This document shows positions 10,801 to 22,208 of a stretch of 64,000 nucleotides of DNA, piece after piece. The stretch is from Ruditapes philippinarum. Lineage: Eukaryota. A program made the translations under genes and the position numbers. The notes below the pieces were generated by a model. The model saw nothing but the letters and a program-made list of their open reading frames with translations. It made no database searches and was not told the origin of the DNA. The stretch lies in NCBI RefSeq assembly GCF_026571515.1, contig NW_026866730.1, forward strand, positions 1 to 64,000, written 5' to 3'. Position 1 is the first letter of the stretch, and each line of letters begins with the position of its first letter.

Positions 10801-13800
10801 TTACAGCAGTTTAAGTAAATTTAAACTTTTATATATAGGTTTTTAGGGTCTGTGTTTTAAAGATCGCCTATCCCCTTTCTGTGTCAGGACTCCCAGAAGG
10901 GATGCGGAACTCTTTTTTTTGAAAAATTGTTCTTTTTTTAGATTTTTTACTTCTTTTTCATATTTCCCCTATGTATATAGCCAAATATAGCATTTGTTGA
11001 TAGTCAAAATGTTAATAGTATCATACCTATTTGGAAAAAGAAAGAAATGGTTAAAATTTGTATGTGATTTTATTAACATATTTACATAGAAATGATATCA
11101 TTTTTTTACAGAGAAGCTATCAACAGAGTAAGTGAGGCTGCAGGACTGAAAACAGCAACAAAAAGGAAAAAGGTATGTAGACATAATATATAAAATAGTA
11201 TTACTAACCCTTTACTCTCTAAATTTGTGCAACCTGTTTTGATTTTGCAACAGTCCATTTGAAAATTAAAGGAATTTAAATACCAAAATACGAAAATTAG
11301 AGGCAAAGGCTAATAACTTTTTGCTGCAGCATTTTATTAATGGTTAAATGAGCATCTATAAAATGTTTGTTTATTTCTATGCTTATTCTCATTTGCATAA
11401 ATCAAAATGAGCATAAAATACTATTTCTCATTGGTGTTTTCCCCCCAACGAGTAGTATAATTACTCTAATGGGCAGGTATCATATAAAAATTACAGAATA
11501 ACGTTTTTATTTTTTCTCTCAATTAGATATATTATAGTCATAAGCATATTCTAACTAAGTCTGAAAATTTTTTTTTTTCTCATTAGCCTACATTTATTAA
11601 AAACCAAATAATATATTAAACCTAGTGTTAATCAATTTAATGAAAAATGTCACCATTATAGATTGACAAGCGTATAGGGAAAATGTTGAGTGACACACCG
11701 TGTATGAAGTATGCAGGGTCAAATGTCAATCTTACAATTACAGTAGACAGTATTAACCTAATGGTCATGGAATCAGGAGAGGTAAGGCAGTTGTTTATAA
11801 CATTTTATTGAATAGTCAGAAAAGCATGAGAATTTAAACAAGGCTGTGTTTGCTTTAAAGAATCTTCTGTGTGATTTTAATTTTAAAAAGGAGGGGTAGA
11901 TCTATATGTAATTTAATCAGGATCAATCACGGTCACATAGTGTTCTTAAGTGTTTTTTTTTCCTCTTCCTTTTTAAAACATGGAGCTATTGTCATGACCC
12001 ACACAGCAGGGTCAGCACTGATTTGGTAACATTTTCATGTATGTTCCTTAACCATCAATTGCTGATTTTTTGAATTTTGGTAAAATGATTAAAGCATTGG
12101 ATTAAAAGATAAACTGACAAATCCGGACTTGTATAGGGTAGGATTTTTTTTCTGTTACAGATGTAATTTCATAAGATTGACATTTTGTTAATTTTTATTT
12201 TTTCAGGTAATTGCTGACCATTTAATGCCAGGGATTTCATTCGCCTCAGGTGGTGATGCGGTAAGCTCTCGTGTATATAAGATTATAAGTTTCTCAGTTC
12301 AACAGATGCAACTGTAATTTTGTGATAATCAGATGTTGAGATACATATTTTTTCTCGTCTTCAGAGAACAATTTTTGTTGTTTTTTGTGACCAGGGCTCT
12401 CAGAAGGGTCAGAATTTCACGAGTCAAAGACTCTTTGGCTAAAATTTTCATGAGTCAAATAATTTTTTTATAGTGTCATTTGTTTACATGAATCATTTTT
12501 ATGTTACAAAAATTACTGTTTTGGAGGTCATTTTGTGTAGATTCTCAAATCTAAATTGATAATATTTAACAAAAAAAAAAGAAAAAAAAAGAAGAAGAAA
12601 ACAGACAACAACAAAAAAAACAAATAAAAAAAATGAATAGCATCTTTACTGTGAAAGAATAAATTAAGCAGCAGCTTTTCTGATTAAAAGTTTAAAATAT
12701 AAAGAAATGTCTTTACTGGTATGCTATATATCATATTAATTTTAAAAACCAAAATGCACTAGGAATATTTAATGGAAAATAACAAATTTACAGGCACTCC
12801 AAGTAAATCAAAGACCTATTATAAACCTTTAAAAGCAATCAATAATTGACACCTCAAGTATGTAATTCTTATCAGTTGTGTAGAGTTATTTTTAGCGCTG
12901 TCAAATTGCATCCAATGATGTCGCGCTTCAGTGCACAGGCTATAAACAATACTGTGTATTACACACGGGTGACATTTTTTTAGTGTGATTTGAACATGTG
13001 TAGGATTTAATAGGTAATTAGGTGTGGATTTAAGGTAATTGTTATTGCATAGCTGAAAATCCCACTTGGCAAATTGACTCTTGAGCAGTTTTTATCACGT
13101 GTCAAATTTGTGCATTTCCTGATTTTCACGAGTCAAAACCCGGATCCCCGTGTCAATCGAGAGCCCTGTTTGTGACGGTATTTAAATCTCCATTTTCGTG
13201 AAAAACCAAAACTGGTGTCATATTTAGACATAGAGGTGGGCTCTTTCATGATAGAAATATTACTGTTTGCTTATACTGTGCAAATCTATGGATTTGTATT
13301 TCCCTGTTGCATTTGCATTAACTGTTTGTTTATACTGTATAATTTAGCTGATTTTCATTTCTCTGTTGCATTTATTAAATTTTACTTATTACTTTTACTT
13401 ACAATAGGAAACATTAGATTTTGTGGCATATGTTGCAAAAGATGAGATGACCGGTCGTTCTTGCCATGTGTTGGAGTGTGGTGGGGGACTGTCAGAAGAT
13501 GTTATAACAACCATCGGTCAGGCATTCGAGTTACGCTTCAAAGAATATCTTAAAAAACAACCTAAACCAGTCCATGTGCCAACTAGGTGAGATGCTTGTA
13601 AATTATAAATTTTCTTTATGTAAATTTAGTTGCCTTCATTTACATAGTTTGCATTGAAATGATACTTGATAGCAGTTTGATTTCAATTTTTTTGTTAATG
13701 AATCATTTGTGATACATACATCCATGTATATGCAGACATACTGTGAGAATTTAGAAAAGGATATTTCTCTGAAATGTCATCGGGTGATAAAAATGTTCAG

Positions 13801-16800
13801 CTTGACTGGACTCGAACCCGGGACCCTCAGAGTATCATCTGCAGCTCTACTGACTAAGCTTTCAAGGTTTTTACACAATTTCTCTTCAAATTAGTGAACA
13901 GTTCTATACCACAAACATATTCAATGTTCATCGGAGTACTATTTTAACAATTTGCTTGATTATCCCCCTTAAATTATCCCCAACTATGTCTTCAGTACCC
14001 TAATTAGCTTTTTAAAGAATTTCTGTTATCTATCTTTCACCGAGATGGTAAAATTGTACAGAAAACAGAGGATTTTTACCCTAGGTTTAAACACTAGTGA
14101 GAACATCACATAGAGGAAATCATATAACAATAGTGTCATGATATTATATTAACACTTAACACTGCTGATTACAACTGATTCTACCAGTACAGACCAAGAT
14201 AGTACAAACCTACATATACAGACAAATCCTTGTCATCTAATCATAGACTGCACTGTTTCCTATTCAGTCATTATTGATAATGAGATTTTTTGCCTAAAAA
14301 TGATGAATGATTTTGTCCAAAGTACATACTACATTTAACATATTTAACATAACAATGCTTAAGTGTATTGACTATATATGAAAGGAAAAAAGTTTTGATA
14401 GCTTGGTATTTTAGTACAATATGAGTAATTCTTAACATCAAAAGTACAATGTAATATATTTAGCACTTAATAATTAGTTTGATATACTTGAAGTGCTTGA
14501 GTGAAAAGTTCATATGGGATAAATCTCACTTAGAACAATGAACGGTCATTGAGTCATTGTTCCTATTTGATTATAAAGATATGTAAGTTCATCACTTTTC
14601 CGTCTAAACTTTATTTCTTGTGCAATTAAATGATACTATAAAGCAGCAAAATGTTATTCATGTAGTATTAAAGCAACTTCACTTAACATGATTATTCATT
14701 ACTAAATGGAGAAATGAGATTTTTTTTGCAGTCACATGCATTTCAAGGGTATAAAGCTATATATCATGGTTTTTTAGCTCACCTGTCACAAAGTGACATG
14801 GTGAGCTTTTGTGATCGCTTTTCGTCCGTCCGTCCATCCGTAAACTTTTACTTTAAACGACATCTCCTCATAAACCACTAAGCCAATTTCATCCAAACTT
14901 CACAGGAATGTTCCTTTGGTAGTCAACTTTAAAAATTGTTCAAAGAATTTAATTCCAAGCAGAACTCTGGTTGCCATGGCAACCAAAAGAAAAAACTTAA
15001 AATATCTTCTTTTAGAAAACCGCAAGAGCTAGAGCTAAAATATTTGGCATGAAACATCGCCTAGTCAGTGTCTACCAAGTTTGTTCAAATAAATGCCCTG
15101 GGGTCAAAATTGGCCTCGCCCTGGGGGGTCATTGATTTTCTTTTTTTGTTAAAAAAAGCCCTTGGGTTAAAATTGGCCCGGCCCGGCCCGGGGGGGGGGG
15201 GGGGTCATTGATATTCCTTATTTGTATATAGTGAAAGCTTAAAATATTTTCTTTAAGAGAACTGCAAGAGCTGGAACTTAAATATTTGGCATGAAACATC
15301 TTCTAGTGGGTGTCTACCAAGATTGTTCAAGTCAATGCCCTTGGGTCAAAATTGGCTCTGCCCTGGGGGGTCATTGATTTTCCTTATTTGTATATAGTAA
15401 AAACTTAAAAAATCTTCTTTTAAAAACCCCAAATAGCTAGAGCTTAGATATTAAGGATGAAACATCTTCTAGAGTATTTCTACCAAGTTTCTTCAAATAA
15501 AAGCCCTGGGGTAAAAATTGGTCTCGCCCCATGGGTCATTGATTCTCAATAATTTGTAGAGAGTAAAAACTTAAAAGTCTTCTTTTAAAAAACCAAAAGA
15601 GCTAGAGTTAAGATACTAAGCATGAAATACTTTCTAGTTGGTGTCTACCAAGTTTGTTTAAATAAAATTCCTGGGGTCAAAATTGGCCCCTCTTATATGT
15701 ATATAGTAAAAACTCTAGAGTTAAAGCTTAGATATTTATCATGAAACACCCTCTAATGGCTGTCTACCAAGTTTTTTCAAATAAAAGTGCCTGGTTTAAA
15801 ATTGGCATTGGCCCAGGGGCCTATATGCAGGTGAGCGATTTCAGGGCCATCATGGCCCTCTTGTATGTGTATTGCAAAAACTTTTAAAAAAAATCTTCTT
15901 TGAAGAAACCCAAAAAGCTAGAGTTTAGATACTAAGCATGAAACATCTTCTAGTGAGTGTCTACAAAGTTTGTTCAAATAAAAGCCATTGGGTCAAAATT
16001 AGCCCCGCCCCGGGGGTCATTGATTTTAATTATGTGTATAGCAAAAACTTAAAAAATCTTCTTTGAAAAAACCCAAATAGCTAGAGTTTAGATATTAAGC
16101 ATGAAACATCTTCCAGTTAGTGTCTTCAAAGTTTGTTCAAATAAAAGCCCTAGGGTCAAAATTGGCCCTGCCCCGGGGACATTAATTTTCCGTATATGTG
16201 AATAGCAAAAACTTAAAAATCTTCTTTGAAAAAGACAAATAGCTAGAGTTTAGATATTAAGCATGAAATATCTTCTAGTGAGTATCTTTAAAGTTTGTTC
16301 AAATAAAAGCCATGGGGTCAAAACTGGCCCCGCCCTAGGGGTGTCATTGCTTTTATCTATATGTGTATAGTTGAAACTTAAAAAATCTTTTTTTTAAAAA
16401 CTCAACGAGCTAGACCTTAGATGTTTAGCATGAAACATCTTCTAATGGGTGTCAACCAAGTTTGTTCAAATAAAAGCCCTGGGGTTTAAACTGGCCCCGC
16501 TTTGGGGGCCTATATACAGGTGAGGGACTTCAGGGCCATCATGGCCCTCTTGTTTAATTAACTTTATAAATATTAAAATTATATTGTTCCCGGAACAGTT
16601 GTAATATATTAGGTCTCTGTTATTTAATACACATAAATATTGTAGGTAAACAGAATAAAATGTTCAAGAAAAAATAATTATGTGCGGCTATTTTAACACA
16701 CTCTTCAAACATATTTCTTTCATACAGGTATTTTGGAATTTTTTCTTTGTCAAAAAAAAATTGGTTAACAGCAGGTAGTTGGTATATAGCTTTATACACT

Positions 16801-19800
16801 TGAAAGTGTTCTTCCATTACTAAAGCCCAATTAAGCTGGAAAATTGCCAGCAGTTTTGCTATCACTTTCAGCCTAGAGGAAAAACTTAATATAATATTAA
16901 AAATTCAGTATTGGACCCAGACTTAATTAAAAATGTTCAATATATGATAGACTAGAACAATCTATACAAGAAGGAGATGCATGGGGAGAGAACGAAGAAA
17001 ACGACTACTACAACGATAATCCATCAGCCCGACCCCCGTCACCGCCAAGACGTGTGCCATCAGAATATGCTACCCCACCCTCAAATCTACCCGTAAGTTT
17101 ATAACAGCTTGGTTTAATTGGGTTTATCAGGAGAGATAGTCAAGTCAGATTCAGATAGATAAGCCTCTAAATATAGGTTGATTACAGTGAAGTTCTATTT
17201 GAGCCGCGTCACAACAAAACCAACGTTATGCGTTTGCGACCAGCATGGATCCAGATTCTATCAGTTTCTCTACTTGTAATAGGGTTTGTAAGCGAACAGC
17301 ATTGATCCTGATCAGACTGCGCGGATGCACAGGCTGGTCTGGATCCATGCTGGTCGCAAACCCATTATGTTGGTTTTGTCGTGACACGGCTCATTTGATG
17401 TTTTCATTGTGAAATCTCAATTATAAGTTTTTAATTATCTTTTAAAAGATATGCAATAAATGTTTAAATACTTACCTTTATCAGAGTGAGTTGTTAATAT
17501 GTGCTTGACTATTTGAGGAATAAGGAGAGCTATTGTATTCACCCAGGTCTAACAAATTGGTTAAGTTTTTGTGTGGAAGGTGGTGTCACCAAAATTACCA
17601 AAAGGGAATGGGTTGAAATTTCATACACTTAGTGGAGAGCATAGAGGTGGTCACTGATCATGGTCCATAACCCTAATATGGATTTTAATAGAATTATGCT
17701 CTTTTTGAAGTAAGAAAATTCTACATTATTCAGGTTCTTGTTTTACTATCAAGCACTGAGAATAATTAAGTATGTTGTCCTACCAACAGGTCTTTTTTTA
17801 CTCTCTCAAAGTTTATTGGAACAAAGTATCATGTACTTTACACTATATAAATATTGTGTTTTATAAATCAGGTTAGTGATGGAGTGTATTCATCAGTTAA
17901 AGAACCGAACGGCCCAACATACGATACACCAAAGGAATTGTCATTGATAGATTTTGGTGAAGATGGTGGAAAAAACCTATATGATAACTCAGGTAAGATG
18001 TTTTGATTATTGTTATAATGATGATAATGACGATGATGGCTGTTGTGATGGTCTTGGTGATGATGATCATGATATTTAAAAATGGGTCAAAGACAGAAAA
18101 GGCCGGGTTGCATATGTATACAAAATATGAGGCTGTGATCAGATGTTACTTAAATTTTCTACCACTGTCTGACCATTGATGTTAAAAATTTAGCTAAGTT
18201 GGTAAACCGGAAAAGAATGAGCATCAGACCTGAAATGGAATCCCACAATATGGGACCACATGTCAATGCTGTGAACCACATATCAAGAGGCTGTGGTAAG
18301 TAGTTGCTGAGAAAACTGTTACAAAAATTTCCTACTATCTATTGATCATTAATTATGTCAAAATTTAACTAAGATGGTAAACAGGAAGTGGATGAGCTAC
18401 AGACCTGAAATCAAATCCCAGGGTATAGGACCACGTGATAATGCTGTATACTAAATATCAAAAGGCTGTGATAAGAAGTTGCTGCGTAAACTGTTACGAA
18501 AATTTCCAACCATTAATGTCAAAATTTAACTAAGTCGGCAAACAGGAAGTGGATGAGCAACAGACCTGAAATCGAATCACACAGTATGGGACTATGTGTT
18601 AATGCTGTATACCAAATATCAAAAGGCTGTAACAAGTAGTTGTCGAGAAAACTGTTACGAAAGTTTTTTCCCCGCCCGGCTGTGTGATAATAAAAACTGT
18701 TAAAAGATGCCCAGTCATTCTTATGAGCCTCTATCGAATGAATATATCAACAGCTACATGTACAATCAAAGATTTAAGACTGAAGTCAACATTGTGTCCT
18801 ATAACTCAAACTTTTACCATGGTTACGGGATAGTATCTCATCAGGTTATACAGATACACAGATTGATCTGGGGCCTCAGTTATAAACTAATTCTCTTAGC
18901 TCAAACTTAGATCTCAGTAATTTCATTGGTCAGAAACTCCCACAGAATGTACACTGACCAATGAAAATCCTGAGATTTGAGACAAGACTCAAATAAAAGT
19001 TTTATAACCTCAGGGGCCTGGACGTAAACTGATCAATAATGGTCAAGGACACCTATCATCACAACTTGCTTTCAAAGAGAATATTCTTTACAAGAGATTT
19101 TTTTTCATTTATTTTTTTTTCTTCAGAAAAAACTTCAAATAATGCTATGACTGAGTTTGAACCTACACAGTCAGATTTTTATGATAACCACAAACTGAAA
19201 GGTGGTCTAGCTTCTCCACAGAGTACCTTGGATCCATTTGATATGGGTAAGTCAGTGTTTAGAAATACAGTACAACCTCAGCAGGGAAACATCCCTCCGG
19301 AGATGAAGATATTATACTTGTTGCTGTGAGGTGTTACGATAGTGAGATTATATTTATTAAGAAGTCTTATTTTAAGAAGACTTTAAGCATTCTGTATTAA
19401 TGTTGTTAAGTGTTTATTGCTCTACACATGGCAGCTCTAAAGATAGGTGCTAAAGTTTTTGTTGCAAATTTATAATTCTTTGGGTTTATATTACAGACTA
19501 GATATGGGTCATTGTAACTGTTAATTAAGTCACATTCATGCAATTCTCAGACAGTATAAACATACTCATTGCGTTCGTCTCTTTTCAGTACCCTTTGTAT
19601 GTTCAGTTCCAATTAATAAAGAAATTAACATTATTAAAAATGAATCTAACACTGGTTGCTAGTAAGATTGGTATATAAGGCACGAGTGTAGCTTTCTTTT
19701 AAAGGCAAGATCAAGACTGTATCATGTTACTGCTAAGTAATTTACCTACTAGCAGGATTTTCCTATATCTACTGTAAGCAGGTGTTGATTAAGAGCAGGA

Positions 19801-21160
19801 TATTATTATATCTTTCGTCAGTTAGTTCTTGCATAATACATAATTATTTATTATGGATTGAAAAGAAATGTATGATAAACTAACATTTTTGTTCATTACC
19901 ATTTTTTTATAGTTGTGTATTCATTTAGAAGTTAATGCATATTTGCAGTTTATTGACTCATTTACATTGTAAAACATACAACAGACCAGTTTTCTTTCTT
20001 GTTTTTTTTAGAGCCATTCAACTCGTCCCTGTCCAACGGACATGGAGAGTCAGAAGGTGGGGCAGCCGGGGGAGGGGACATGGCCAATGGAAATGGTGCA
20101 CCAAATAAATCACCAATTTTTGAAGAATGGTTCCATGGTAACCTAAGCAGGAAAGATGTAAGTTATGAAACATTTGCTTCTTTATAAAATAAATAAAAAA
20201 TGTAAGACCTCCCAAGATCAATGAAAACAAAGTGATTGGGATAATAATTAATTTAGTGAAGAAACTAAGTTTACTATTTTAGCAAATTTCTTTAATCTCT
20301 GTTGTGAAGAATGCATAGGGGTGTATATGAACTACATTCAAGTTCACTGCTGGTGTTGTCATTGAATAAATGTACAAATGACCTTTTGGAGCTTGACTTG
20401 AACATCATCTTACTTGAGAGGCAAACGCAGTTAAAAGTAAATAAACATGTTGCAAAAAAAAACCACTAAAAATCGAAACAGTACAGGTTCACATGTAAAA
20501 TGTTATCTTTTCTCAGGTATGATATTGTCATAAATATTTATACATTTAAGGCTGAGAAGTTGTTACAGAATGATGGGGATTTTCTTGTACGACAAAGCTC
20601 GGCTGATCAGAATCAGTATGTACTCAGTGGCCGACAGAACGGCATGGTTAAACATCTGTTGTTGGTGGACCCAATGGGAGTGGTATGTTAGTTTATATTG
20701 TTTGCATTTTTTTTTTTGACATTTTGTGTTTAAAAATTAGAAATATTTTAAGTATGTCTTAACTTGTTGAAAGGTTTTGTCCCAGAAGATTTAGAAAGAA
20801 TACATGGCTCATTATCATAATTATATAAGTATGAATAATTCCCTTTTCTTCAGATATTTTTCTTTGTTCTCCCATTTAAGTTACCATAAAATCTTATTGT
20901 AATTCTAGTGCAACATCAATGTTTGAGTCTGGCCTAGTTTGCAGCTTGAGGCTATCATGACTGCCTTTGTCGCAAAGTGTATCTTATTGCTAACATCTTT
21001 CATATGCATGATGCTTTTGTAGGTGAGGACAAAAGACCATTCATTTGACAGTGTACCTCATTTGATACAGTTCCATAGAACACAGAAAATACCAATTGTA
21101 TCACAGGAGAGTGAACTTCATTTGAAACAACCAATCAGTAACAAGCTTACAATGTGCTGA
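1899..21160 (+). CDS. SHC1: SHC-transforming protein 1-like adaptor (PTB-CH1-SH2), 12 coding exons, about 481 aa
   Basis: Exons joined by hand, all GT-AG with consistent phase: 1899-2060, 10194-10264, 11112-11172, 11662-11781, 12207-12260, 13408-13586, 16951-17092, 17872-17992, 19127-19246, 20012-20157, 20551-20682, 21023-21160 (TGA). PTB motifs: [69 protein letters not shown]1 motifs: YYND, DPFDMEPF. SH2 motifs: [30 protein letters not shown]. All match the Shc family. Confidence 0.96.
2589..7106 (+). mobile_element. Ty3/Gypsy LTR retrotransposon (Mag/Steamer-like) in SHC intron 1; interior sequence corrupted
   Basis: Termini are TGTAAT...ATTACA with a 5-bp TSD CTGTC (2584-2588, 7107-7111). 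The 3' LTR (6865-7106, 242 bp) is preceded by the polypurine tract AAAAAGAGGGAAA. The first 100 bp of the 5' LTR (2589-2688) are identical to 6865-6964. Frameshifted Pol peptides are still readable: [12 protein letters not shown] (about 3805, RT N-terminus), [25 protein letters not shown] (about 6060), [40 protein letters not shown] and HTRSG.REV (integrase C-terminal region). Confidence 0.9.
7281..7854 (+). mobile_element. Helentron-associated (HINE/DINE-1/pearl-like) non-autonomous element A
   Basis: T-run, then subterminal IR TGTGTCGCCTC (7285) with a nearby partial inverted copy GGCGACATA, a GTCC/GTCT microsatellite and about 2.5 internal repeats of about 165 bp. It ends with GAGGCGACACA (7822), a short hairpin and TCTTGT. 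Confidence 0.8.
7901..9518 (+). mobile_element. HINE-like element B carrying about 10 tandem copies of a ~145-bp repeat
   Basis: 5' end TTATTATGCCCCC...GGGGGTATA followed by a GTCGGTCC microsatellite. GGCCTAGG(A)-like anchors recur at about 8006, 8149, 8294, 8438, 8583, 8720, 8865, 9003, 9148 and 9293. 3' end GGGGGCATA, ATGTTT-TAC-AAACAT hairpin, TCTTGTT. Confidence 0.88.
9816..10073 (+). mobile_element. Degenerate HINE-like remnant
   Basis: TTTTGG...CCCCGTGAGGGG, a (GGAT)n microsatellite, an AAGGTCAAG core, a G-run, a TGTC...GACA hairpin and a TTCTTGTT end. Same architecture as A and B but decayed. Confidence 0.45.
12392..13168. mobile_element. hAT-like non-autonomous DNA transposon (777 bp)
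   Basis: TIR CAGGGCTCTC / GAGAGCCCTG with a perfect 8-bp TSD TTTGTGAC (12384-12391, 13169-13176). The subterminal motif TTTCACGAGTCAAA recurs near both ends. CAG termini plus an 8-bp TSD are hAT hallmarks. Confidence 0.88.
13795..13865 (-). mobile_element. tRNA-derived SINE head / tRNA pseudogene fragment
   Basis: The minus strand reads AGCTTAGTCAGTAGAGC (A-box-like)...GTCCCGGGTTCGAGTCC (B box). There is no convincing acceptor or anticodon stem, so this is not a functional tRNA. Confidence 0.55.
14770..16555 (+). mobile_element. HINE-like element C with ~163-bp satellite cargo and two 3' termini
   Basis: 5' end TTTTTAGCTCACCTGTCACAAAGTGACATGGTGAGCT followed by (GTCC)n, then about 9 repeats. 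The terminal module CAGGTGAG..AGGGCCATCATGGCCCTCTTGT occurs at 15828-15864 and again at 16517-16553. Confidence 0.88.
17201..17392. mobile_element. Foldback MITE (internally deleted copy)
   Basis: TIR GAGCCGCGTCACAACAAAACCAAC / GTTGGTTTTGTCGTGACACGGCTC, flanked by ATTT on both sides. Same family as 62105-62340, with part of the left arm missing. Confidence 0.85.
17500..17795 (+). mobile_element. Degenerate HINE-like element (GCTCGACTATT family)
   Basis: GCTTGACTATT..GAATAAGGAGAGCTATTG start and AGCACTGAGAATA...TGTCCTACCAACAGGTCTT end. Aligns by eye with the reverse complement of 60405-60889. Confidence 0.6.
18085..18665. repeat. Degenerate tandem repeat, ~160-175-bp unit, about 3.5 copies
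   Basis: AAAATTTAACTAAG..GGTAAACAGGAAGTGGATGAGC.ACAGACCTGAAAT recurs at about 18185, 18360 and 18521. Confidence 0.8.
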
Positions 21161-21745
21161 TGACCAATAAAAAAAAAGGAAAATACGAGTGTTTACAACC
21201 AATCAGTAACTTGTTTACAATGTGCTTATGACCAATGAACAGGGAAAAATAAAGAAATATACAACCAATCAGTAACTTGCTTACAATGTGTTGATGACTG
21301 GGAATAGACTTTCAAGCAGAACAAAAAAGGAAACAAAACATACTATTTCCAAATGAAATTTAAAGAAATAATTATGCCCAATAAACAAACAAGAAGCTTA
21401 TATTATTACGTTGAAAGGAATACAAGATTTTGAAAGAACCAATCAACAACAAGTAACATTGTTCCAAAAAGAATAAAATTTATTTGATGGAACCAGTTGG
21501 CAACTAATTAACATTCTTCTGAAAGGAATACAGTATGTTTAATGGAACCAATCAGTTACTAGTTTACATAGTTCTGAAAGGGCTAAGATATATATCTGAA
21601 GGCACCAATCAGCATCATCGTAACATTCTTCTGAAAGGAATACAGTATGTTCAATGGAACCAATCAGTTACAAGTTTACAAAGTTCTAAAAGGACTACTA
21701 TGTATATCTGATGGAACCAATCAGCATCAAGTTAACAATGCTTAA
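21127..21745 (+). repeat. Tandem array (~55-68-bp units, CCAATCAG core) overlapping the SHC stop codon and 3' UTR
   Basis: CCAATCA-type cores at 21131, 21199, 21265, 21439, (21493), 21548, 21605, 21660 and 21717. The distal part forms a 112-bp dimer (55+57). Confidence 0.85.
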
Positions 21746-22208
21746 AAAATATATTCACATAAATCAATCATCAAGTTCTGTAAATATATAGAAATGGTGG
21801 CCTGTTGTTTGAAAACCTTGGTGTTGGTATTAGAATCCTGCTTGAATTGTGTTTGATGTTAACCACTTTTTTTCTGTAATAGTGACAAGTTATTTTTTCC
21901 TTTAACAACTACACTTGTAAAGCTGCTAACCTACACACAGTTGTTTCAACATTTCTGTAAACATAAGTATAAAATTATACCTATTAAAGAGAGTATTCTT
22001 AAACAATTTTCAAATGGTCTTCAAAAATACTAAGACTGTGAAACTGTATAGCATTTCTTTTTTCACTTTTATCAAATGCCATTGTTGTTTGTTGAAAAGA
22101 CTCAGGACTGTGTTTTTGAACCAATAAACATTCTTCAGAAACTAAGGATGTGCATTAACAAAGAAAATAAGTTTTCAATTAATTTTATTAAAAATGTTTT
22201 CTCATGAT

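Noticed and set aside
13795-13865. Functional tRNA gene
   Set aside because: A- and B-box-like motifs are present, but a cloverleaf with proper acceptor and anticodon stems cannot be formed.
21127-21745. Repeat-spacer appearance resembling a CRISPR array
   Set aside because: The spacers are homologous to each other, the repeats are degenerate, the context is eukaryotic and there are no cas genes. It is a tandem repeat.
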